From Raillietiella orientalis (Eukaryota): DNA of 64,000 nt. Within the stretch, counting starts at the first letter, position 1, and every line of letters starts with the position of its first letter. Of the stretch, positions 26,550 to 36,100 are shown piece after piece. The stretch is taken from NCBI GenBank assembly GCA_036172245.1, contig JAYWIR010000013.1:1984001-2048000 (forward strand). The letters run 5' to 3'. Under the pieces are notes generated by a model, which saw only the letters and a program-made list of their open reading frames with translations, had not been told where the DNA came from and did not search any database. The position numbers and the translations under genes were made by a program.

Positions 26550-27800
26550 ACGTCCGGGTAAGCCGAGGCGTTTATTTGATAAAAATAAATAGCTGCAGAT
26601 TTTGTGAGTAGGGCCGGTGGTCGGAACACGTTCATTTCGACGGGAACCTGCCGGGTTGCTGGAACGCAGACCGGCGAGGTTCGCCTCGGCAGCAGAGAGG
26701 AGGAAGCAAACAAAAAGAAAAAAATTAAAATAAATAGAAAAACTTAGGAGAGTGAGGGAAGGGATCACGTCCTGCTAGAGAACGGTCCTCTGAATCCTCT
26801 GCAGGATGCAGGCAAGGTACTGCTGGATGATGTTTCTCAGGTGGGAACATCTCGTTGCCATCCTTATGAATCGAACGGTAAAATGGATATAACATCCTTG
26901 TTGCTCAGTGCTCTACCATCGCTCCAGGCCGCCACGAGCCCGCGTAGTCAGCAGAGGGCTGCTAGAGAGACTGCCGGCCGAAGGGTGGCGCGTACGAGGA
27001 GGGGTCTTAAAGCGTTCCTGGAGTTATCGCCGGGGTTCCTTGGGTCGCAGCGAAGCGTTATCGAAGGGATCGGAGGGCAGATACAAGCAGGACAAGAGGG
27101 GAGGATTCCCGATTCCCGCGCCTGGCACAGTTCGGATCCACACACACACCCGTGTCCGGTGATGCCGGCGGGCGTTGCACGGGAGGCTCCAGTGCATAAG
27201 CACCGGCGTCGATTCCTGACACTCCAAGGGGAGGGTGCGTCTGTCTAAAAGCACTGGGACCACTGCAGATCCTCCTCTGGAATACCCAGTAGCTATCTCC
27301 AGCGCAAAAGACCATGAGGTGGGGCACTCGGGATCGCAGCGTCTGTGAGCTGGCTCGTCATCCACTCACGCAGTCCTTTTCCCCTCCCGGAAATTTCCGC
27401 TGTGACCTCCCATCTAGCTGCAAGGCTGCTAGTCCATGTGTTCCCTCAGGGAGGACAGCACTGCGGCAAGGGAGGTTCAAACTGCCCACTCACTCTTCTT
27501 GGGATGTTCCAGGATCTACCGGAGCAAGCCGTTATAGAAACAATACTGCAATCGCTGTGCCTGTTCCAGGCATTGCTCGTTGTTCTTCGTCCACGTGCAA
27601 GCGGTTTCCTGCAATCAGACGCTACCGCTCGCGGGCCGTCTGGAGATCCAGGTGTTGTTCATCCTGGTCAGCATAGCTACCCGTCGGAGGAGCTGCAGTC
27701 CGCAGTGGGAGAGGCGTGGCATCGAAGACGTACAAGGAAGGACGCAAGTTCTTCACTGCCGGTGGCTTGCCGGACGAGGAGACGCGCAAGTTCGCATCAG
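26550..27800 (-). mobile_element. L1/Tx1-clade LINE 3' relic (copy E)
   Basis: LPLECQESTPVLMHWSLPCNARRHHRTR and DPNCARRGNRES, homologous to ORF 24994-25719. UTR with AATAAA (plus tttatt 26571-26576) and terminal hairpin. Confidence 0.75.
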
Positions 27801-27804
27801 CTTT

Positions 27805-29250
27805 AACAACTGGTAACGCTGGGGCGTTTACTATAAAAATAATAAACAAACAATAAACAAGGAACATACAGGTGTAGGGCTATCGGCCCTACACCTGTAT
27901 GTCCGGAAAAGTTCGGAGCCTGACGAGTAACCGGCATGCAGGCCGGCGAGGTTCGCCTCAGCAGCGGAGGGAGAAGGGGCAAACAAAAAGAAAAATAAAA
28001 TAAAATAAATGGGAGGGTTAGGGAAGGGGTCACTGTCCTCTGGATGGCGTCCTCTGCATCCTGTCCAGGATGCTGGCAAGTTTCATCCAAGTGTGCTTCA
28101 GGTGGGGCCATCTGGCTGCCGTCCTCAGGAAGCGCAGGGCGAAGCAGATGGCGTTTCTCTCGTTCCGTTCCCCTGTAGCGTAGCTCCAGGCCTCCACAAT
28201 CCCACGTAGGCAGCAAAGATCTGCTAGGGATGCAGGAGGCGAAAGGGTGTCGCGCACAAAGAGGAGCTTGAACACGTCTCTGGGGTTGTTGTGCTTGCAC
28301 CTAGAGCCTTTGAAAAACACAACCACAGGGGTCGGAGGGCAACACAGTCTGCGAGCAGGTGCGCGAGCTGAGATTCGTGTTCCCACACCTGCCACAGTTC
28401 GGGTCCACAACCTCCCGGGTTCATTGAGACCGACGAGCGTTCCACAAAAGGCCCCAACGCAGCAGCAGGAGTGCCGACTCATGCCACTTGAGGGGGAGGG
28501 TCCGGTTGTTCTTCAGCGCTGAGGGCCACTCGAGGGCATCCCGTGGAATTCCCGGCAGCTCACCCCAGCGCAATAGTCCTTCCGGTGGGGCACTTGGGGT
28601 CGCAGCGTCCATGAGCTGGTCCGTGGTCCAACCACCTAGTATTTTCTTTCTTCCACTGATTTCACGGCAACCCTCCCATTTGACCGGCTGGTTACTGCCC
28701 AGGCGCTCCTTGAGATAGAGTAAAGCCGTGGCTAGGGGAGTTTTTTCCGTGCACGCACACGTGGTGGGTTGCACGATGATGTCCAGCAGCGAGAGGTCAT
28801 TGTAGGAGTGAAGCAGTCTCTGCCTTATCTCCGGGATCGCTTCGTTTTCTGGGCTCATGTACAAACGGTTTCCTGCAACTAGGCAGTACTGCTCACAGGC
28901 TGGCAGAGATCCAGGTGTTCGTCCTGGTCAGATTGGCTACTCGCCGGAGCTCTAGTCCGCAGCGGGACGTGGCGTCGGCGCCGTCGCGCAAGGAACGAAG
29001 ACAGTCCCGTGTAGCCGGTGGCTCCTTTGACCAGGTATCGTGCGGGCTCGCACCAGATGGTGTTCCACAACTTCGCCACAAGGTCAAGTGTCCGAAACTG
29101 GAGCTGCAGCTTCCATCCGTTCCATCGTGAGGAGGCCGAGGCCGCCGTTCCGACGCGGAGTATACAAGTCCTTCAGGGGGACTCAGAACCTCCCCGGGCC
29201 CCAAAGGGCGATGCTGAGGAGGACCACCCGTCTTGGAGAAGCGTATCAGC
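27805..29250 (-). mobile_element. L1/Tx1-clade LINE 3' relic (copy F)
   Basis: QLMDAATPSAPPEGLLRWGELPGIP..LPLKWHESALLLLRWGL, LAHLLADCVALRPLW, RDVFKLLFVRD..LRTAARWPHL. UTR hairpin 27930-27947. Confidence 0.8.
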
Positions 29251-29478
29251 TTGATCACATGCTTCATGCACTGCGGACTTTGAAAATGAGGAGGAAAAGC
29301 ATCTGGGAAGACGCTTTCTGCTACAGGACATTCATGGTGCATTATTTGGCATGCCTTGTATCATCCGAAAAGTCATCGCAGGTGCATGATAGATGCAGAA
29401 TGATTAAAAAAAATCTCATCTATCGCGCATGCATCGATTTTTTCCTTCTTCTTCCTGCCATCACGCACGTGTACATAC

Positions 29479-29645
29479 GGTGGACTTGGTTCGTGGCTTG
29501 CGATCTGGAAGAATTCGGCGCGCATTAATGACGCCGTCATACTCGATGTCTTCCTCGAGCTGAAGTGGACCTGTTGAGCCATTGTGCTGCTTGGTTCGGA
29601 CGCGATGTCTTGGCAGCCAAGGAGCGGAAAGGTCATGGGAGGCAT
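29479..29645 (-). CDS. Candidate distal first coding exon of the PLC-delta gene
   Basis: ATG 29645 MPPMTFPLL..MAQQVHFSSRK..EFFQIASHEPSP ends CC|GTATGT (phase 2). This matches the phase-2 acceptor tttcag|C at 13533/13532, which is open and in frame with PLC ATG 13507. No homology support. Confidence 0.35.
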
Positions 29646-31454
29646 TAAGTGGTAACGCACCAACTCAGCACGCGACTCCTGAGGTTCCCCACGCTTCCCA
29701 GGCTGCGTCCCTGCGTCCGTCACTTTGGCACGCCCGCTCCGAGGTCAGGGACTGATGCGTGGTGGGGAGAGAGGAATTTCCTCAGGGGATCGAGAGTACC
29801 ACCCCAACTCGACCTTTTCCCACCGTGCTGAAACTCCAAGCGCTGAATGGGGACTCTTCCCGCGTCTTGGCGTCAACTGCTCAGCCGCAGCTCCACGAAC
29901 GGTGCACGGGGAACGACAGGAACGCACAAACCAACACCACCTCCTGGTGCACGTGCCCCGGGGAAACGCAACAGCCAAAAGCACGCACGCACGTGAGAGC
30001 GAGCGCGCGCGCGGCCTTCCCCGAACATGGCCGAGCCTCGCACACGGGTGCAAGTCGAGCAGGCGAGCGTCCGCCCGGAGCAGGTCGGCATGGCAACCGA
30101 GCGACGCGGCTTCTCTCTCCACGCGCGCGCGCCACCAGGCCGGGAAAGTCACTCGTTCGCGACCCGGTTCCCCCCCCCCTCCTCCCTTCTCCCTCCTCTT
30201 CCAGCAGCCGCGCGTTTCCCGTTTGCGGAGGGAGGGCGCTCTCCCGGCGAGCGAGGAAGACGCACGCGGTGCGAGCCCCGAGGCGGAGGGAAGTCGGGGG
30301 TCCCTCCGGGGAGAACAGGCGCGCAAGGGAACGACCCGTCCCAGCGCGGAGGTTCCGCTCGAGGTCGCCTGGCAGAGTGCGAAGTACCGGGCCGGTCGGC
30401 CGGAGAGTCTTCGGTCCCTACGTGGCCCCGCGCCGCCTCCGCTGCGCCGCATTCATTGATCGCGCGCAGCCCGGACGCTCGCGATTTCATTCAAAGGGAG
30501 GGAGGGATCCCCGCCGCGAGGAGACCGGGATGTCCTCGGGAACGCTCCCATTGACGGACGAGCGGTCTCGGGCACGCCGGAGCGCGCCCGGAAGTTCCTC
30601 ACAGCTAGGCACTCTCGGCCAATGGGAAAGCGGGAAGCGCTCGGGGAATTTCGCAAGGATCCGACGAAGGCGCCTGTCAGGCTGGCGGGGCCGCTCTGCG
30701 AGCGAGCCCACACGAACGGGTCGCGCCGGGAGCCAGCAGCCCCCCGGGGAAAGGGGGGAGGAAGGTCAGCCGACTCGCAGAGCCAGAAAGCGACGGCGAG
30801 CCGGGGACTCCACAGTGGGCAGGACGAGCGGGAGAGGGGGGCGAAGCACGCGCGCGCCCGACGGTTCCATCCCTCTTGCGTCGTCCACCCATCCCGCGGG
30901 CACCGGGCCCACACCCTGGACTTGCTGCCGCCGCCGCCGCCGCTCGCCTCCCCCGCGAATCGGAAAGCCGCGCTTGTGTGGGCAGCCCCGTCGCTCGGGG
31001 CAGCCGGGGACGGGGAGTCCTCCTTTTTTTCTTCCTTGTGCTGGCGGCACCAGGCCGTTCGCCCTTCCTTCCTCCCCTCCTTTTCCCTTTGGAGATTCTT
31101 CTCACGTCGGTGGAAGCTGCCGAGGATCCCCGCGAGCGGCGCCACCGAGGCCGAGCAAAGCCGCCGCAGCGCCAGGGTCCCGCTTGCCAGCCGCGCCCGC
31201 GGGCCTCTCTGGTAGTGCGGCTGATGGCCGCCGCCCTCTTGGAGCCTCTGCCGTCACCCGCCTGCAGTACCCCTCCGAGGACGCATGAGGGCGTCCGTCA
31301 GGAAAGCGCCCTGACCTCCTCACCGGCTGCCCGCAGCAGCCCCCCGCAGCATGGATGCCGGGAAGGGTGAAGCGGAGTGTCCAAGAGAACGTTGCGGAGT
31401 GCCTAAGTAAGAGGCAACAGAGCTGAATTCAGCGCAGCTGCCGGACAAAGTGCG

Positions 31455-31935
31455 CGAGGTTGAGGGGGAAGAAGGGAAGAGGAAGGGAGGAAGAGGAAGA
31501 GGGGAGAAGGAAGAAGAAGGAAGGAGGGATAGAGGAAGAAGGGAAGAGGAGGAGGAAGGAAAGAGGAAGAGGAAGAGGGGAGAAGGAAGAAGGGAAGAGG
31601 AAGGGAGGAAGGGGAGGAAGGAAAGAGGAAGAAGGGAAGGGGAAGAGGGTAGAAGGAAGGGAGGAAAGGAGAGTTCGCTGTGCCTGGAAGGAGGGAAGGA
31701 AGGACGGGATCGATGAATGCTCATGTCGCTGTTGTCGATCTGTTACCGCCGGACAGGGTGAGAGAGGTCGAGGAGGAGGAAGGGAAGAGGAAAGGTGGAA
31801 GAGGAGAAGGGGAAGAAGAAGAAGGGAAGAGGAAGAAGTGACGAGGAGGAGGAAGGGAGAGTTTGCTGTTCCCGGAAGGAAGGCAGGACGAGATCGATGA
31901 ATGCGCATGTCGCTGTTGTCGATCCGTTGCCGCTC
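31455..31935 (+). repeat. Polypurine (GA-rich) tract with an imperfect ~190-bp tandem duplication
   Basis: Nearly pure G/A at 31460-31670 and 31760-31860. The unique segment gagagttYgctgt..gatcgatgaatgcKcatgtcgctgttgtcgatc occurs twice (~31670-31750 and ~31857-31935). Confidence 0.85.
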
Positions 31936-32277
31936 CGCGCATCGGCACAGCTGCTTTCCCCGAGGGCCGGCATAAGAGGGGGAGGGGAGAATGCCATCCG
32001 CGGGAGGCGGTGGTCCCTGCGAATTCGCCAAGGCGGCGTGCCACTTGGAGTGCGTCCGGTGCTCTTCCACCACCTTCTCCCCCTGATCCCACCTTCCTCC
32101 GAGCCCGTCGTCTTCGCGCGTCCAGTCCTTCCCTCCCCTCTCTTCCTCCTTCCCCCACCCCTTGTCGCCGACGACAACGCTTTCCTCCTCCTCCTCCTCC
32201 TCCTCTTCCTCCTCCCGTCACCTTCTCGCGAGTGCCCGCGCTCCGCGTCGAAATGGGTCGATAGAATTTTCCCATCC

Positions 32278-32377
32278 TGACGTCATCGGTCCGTGGTCAT
32301 TCCCATTGGCTGGCGCGGAACGCATCTGCAGTACCCCAGATTTATAGCGTTGGCACGGGAAATGCGTTGTACCAGTT
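32278..32377 (+). promoter_or_regulatory. Candidate RIM core promoter (CRE, reverse CCAAT, TATA-like, Inr-like) in a CpG-rich region
   Basis: TGACGTCA 32278-32285, ATTGG 32305-32309, TTTATAG 32341-32347, CCAGTT 32372-32377 about 30 nt after the TATA-like element and about 290 nt before the ATG. Confidence 0.4.
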
Positions 32378-32667
32378 GGCGACGCGAGCCTGTCCGTGCT
32401 AGCAAGCCGCGCCGCCGCATCCGGCCCTACGCCCCCCTGTCCGCGCAGCGCACGCACGCCACACTCGGGACTGCCGATGCAGACGCCTCCGTCCGGGCGC
32501 GGGCGGTCGCGGCGCCCGCTGGGATGAAGCGACGCCCTTCCGACGGAGGAGGAGGATGACGAGGGAAGCGCCGCCGCGCGACCACACCGCCCCAGCCGCA
32601 GCAGCGAGAAGAAGACCACCGCCACCACCTCCTGCCCTTCGCCTTGGAAGAGCCCCCCTCGCCAAAG

Positions 32668-33085
32668 ATGCTCGGAGACGCGCCTTCCCCCACCATTGAC
32701 CTGTCCCACCTGACCGAGGAGGAGAAGAAGATCATCGAAAGCGTCATGCTGCGCCAGAGGCAGGAGGAGGCGCGGGAGATCGAGATCTTGAGGCAAGTTG
32801 CCGGCGCGCGCGCTCTCGGGGTCGGCAGCGGCGGCGGCGGCGGCGGCGCCATCTTGTCACGGAACGCGCGCGCGCGCTCGGTGTCCGGCCGGGGCGTTAT
32901 CGATCAGGGGCAGCGCGCATGCAGGTGCGGGCGGCGGCGGTCGGGGATTCTGTTGCTGTTGCCATGCGAACGCTGCCGCCGGTGCGCGCGGCGTGGCTCT
33001 CGCCGATGGAGAAGCATGCAGGGAAGAGAGGAGGAGGAGAATTGGGCGAGGCCGCCCTCCTCGGACACGGTCGCCCGTGTCTCGA

Positions 33086-33120
<35 letters not shown>

Positions 33121-36100
33121 GCAGACCTTTCCTTCTTCCCCCGGGATCGCCCGGATGTGCTCGCCGCCGGAGAGGCGCCCACCGCCACCGTGTCGGTGCT
33201 TTGCAGGCAGAAGGAGGAGGAGGTGAAGGCCCTGGAGCAAAGCATCCGGGAGAGGAGCGACTTCCAGCGAAGGGCCGGCGCGGTCCCCGACGCCACGTGC
33301 CAGATCTGCCTGAAGACGCAGTTCGCCGACGGGGTTGGCCACACCTGCCAGTACTGCGGCGTGCGTTGCTGCGCGAGGTGCGGCGGAAAGGTCACTCTGA
33401 GGTCCAGCAAGGTGCGACCCGTGATTTCTGTGGATGCCGGTGGTGCGTGGGCGTGGGCGCGTGCCGCCGCCGCCGCCGCCGCCCGCGCGTCGCGTCTTGT
33501 CGCGGTGGCGACGGCGACGGCGGGGCGGCCTGAGGCACTCCCTTCTCGCCGTTCCCTTGCGGGGTGCTACTGCCGCCTCCTTCTGGAGGGTCGACCCCAC
33601 CCCCGCGGGGAAGGGACGGGGGTGCCGCTGCCGCGTGTGGACTGGCGGCGGCTCCCTCCCCTTCGTATCCAAGGAGGAGGGGGAGGGGGAAGGAGGAGGG
33701 CACGTGCCTCCCCGTCTCCGGGGCAATGATCGACAACTCTCCTCCTTTCCCTGGCAGCCCCACCGCCGCCGTCCTTTTGCGGCGGGGGGACGCCCTACGG
33801 CGTGCTCGGGCACGCCGTAGGGCGCGAGAGACCGCTGCCCTTTCCTCGGAACTGAGCCCCTCTCCCTTCCAGATCATCTGGGTGTGCATCCTCTGCCGCA
33901 AGAAGCAGGAGCTGCTCACCCGGACCGGCTACTGGATACACGGAGGGGTGCTGACCAGGAGCAACAGTAGCGCCGGCGACCTAGCCCTGAGGCAGCGTCA
34001 GTGCCCCGAGGGCGCGCCGCACCGGTCGCAGCGCTCCTTCCTGGAGCGGAGCGCCAGCACGGATAAGGATGCCAGGCTGGCGGGCACGACGGCCGGCGGC
34101 GACCCTGCCAGGAGGGGCGGCGACGGCTTCTCCGGGAGGGACCTGTGGCGGCAGTTCTCCTGCGAGTCGGAGCGCGATGACTACGCCCGCGCTCCCCTCG
34201 CGGGGGGGGAAGCCCCTCCAGAGGCCGCCGCGCGGAGCGCTGCCCCCGAGGGCAAAGCCGAAACGTCTTCCAAAGACCGCGACTGGTCCACCAGGACGGA
34301 CGTCCTCCTCCACCACCACCACCACCACCACGAGCGCAAGCGGTCCGTGAAGGAGGACCTCGTCCGCCCTCCTCCTCCTCCCCCGCTCCCACCCTCCTCC
34401 TCCCACCGGCACCACCACCAGCAGCCGCAGCAGCACGACGCCCCCAGGTGGTACCCTCCGGAGTTTCGTAGCGACCTTTTCGGCAAGCTCAAGGAGCGCG
34501 ACCGCAAGACCGGGCCCAGGGCGGCGGGGCGCCCTGCCCACGAGCCCTTCCTCGACTGCGGCGACTATGCCCCGGACGCGGACAGGCTGAAACTGGCGCG
34601 CAGGAAGAGCGAGCAGGTCACGCGGAACGACTCGCTCAGCTCGGACCAGTCCGAGTGCGTTCGCCCTCCCCCGCCGAAGCCCCACAAGCATAGGAAGAGC
34701 AGGAACAACTCGGCGAAATGCCAGGAGAGGTACCTTTCCAGCTCGGAGGAGGAGATGCGGTCCACGCCGGAGGACAGCAGCGGCGAGGAGCCAGACTTTG
34801 AAAGCGAAAGCGTCAGCGAGAAAGGTAGGCAGGCGCACCCCCTCCCCCAGGAGAAGGCCCGCCCTTCCACCCACCGCCACCCTGCTGCCGCCGCCGCAGG
34901 AGCGCCGCCAGCCATCGGTCGTGGCGGAGGCGCCTCTTCCCGCGCCGCCGCTTCTCTCGCGCTGCCGCCAGCGGAAGGGGGAGGAAGGGCACGGGACTTC
35001 CTTCCCCCCTCCTCCTCCTCCTCCTCCAGGCGCCGCCCCCCCTCACGCCCCTACGTCTGTGGAGAACCCACCCTCTTTTGTCTTTCATGTGAAACAGCCG
35101 ACTCGGACATTTTGTCCAAGAGGTGGAAAAGAGAGGGCGCGCCGGACGCGAAGCAGGTGCCGGCGGTGAGATTCCTTGTTGTTCACTGGTACACCGCGTG
35201 CGCTTCTCTGCATGCAGACGCACCACCACCGCCACCCACACTCCCTCTTTCGCCCCATCGCCACCCACACTCCCTCTTTCACCACCACCACCACCCGCGC
35301 GCGCGCGCGTGCCCGCCTCCGCGGTCGCGGCGGCAGCTGCCGCTGCCGGCTTCCCGTGGAGCGCCCGCCCGACCGGTTCGCTCGTTCGCTCTTATCCCGC
35401 CTGAGGCGCTCCTTCCAAGCGAAGCGCCCAGCTCCGCCCGCCCTCCTCCCGCCACCTCGGGCACGAGACATCATCATCATCATCCATCGATCCCAAGAAG
35501 CGGCTGACTCCCTCTCCGCCCCCTTCCCCTTCTCCTCCCTCAACAGTCATCAGCGGTGGACACAGGAGAAAGGCAGCCGTGGTCTCCTCCTCTTCCTCCT
35601 CCACCCCCCCACGACCCCGATCCTCCCAGCGGCCGCCACAACGCTCGCCCTCCCCCCGCACCCCCGGCTAACCTCTGTGTTTTCATCCCCAAGGGAAGAG
35701 ACAGCAGGAACCGAGCGACACCTTGCGCAGGTTTAAACAAAGACTTTGGGTTCGTAGCGAGTCGGTGAAAGATTCCGGGATTGACACGTGCAGTACGTTC
35801 ACGTCCAGCGAGGATTCCCAGAGAGGAGACAGCAGAAAAGTAAGCCCTGCGCCAGACGAGGGAAGGAACGGGCTGATCGCCCCTCCTTACCCCCCCCCTT
35901 ACCCCCCCTACCCCAAGGCACGCTGCCGCCCCCGCGCGCGCGCTCCTCGGCCGCTGGCGAGAGGGAAGAGCGAGAGGGGAGGGCGCCTTTGCCACGAAAC
36001 CACGGTGACACGCCTGCTCCCCTCCGCTCCGCCTCTGCAGGGCGAACCCGCGGGAACGACGCACCGCTGCCGCGCTCTTGCGGGCGATCCGAGAAGCGCA

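Noticed and set aside
29759..31288. 509-aa ORF and many overlapping ORFs on both strands
   Set aside because: Arg/Pro/Gly/Ala-rich with no domain. Expected from stop-codon scarcity in very GC-rich promoter DNA.
31320..32280. Glu/Arg/Gly-rich and Ser/Pro/Leu-rich ORFs
   Set aside because: Translation artefacts of the GA/TC low-complexity tract.
33564..35507. 647-aa ORF as a single-exon gene (likewise 37688-38863 and 55986-57404)
   Set aside because: These are RIM exons or LINE relics read through GC-rich, stop-free intron sequence.
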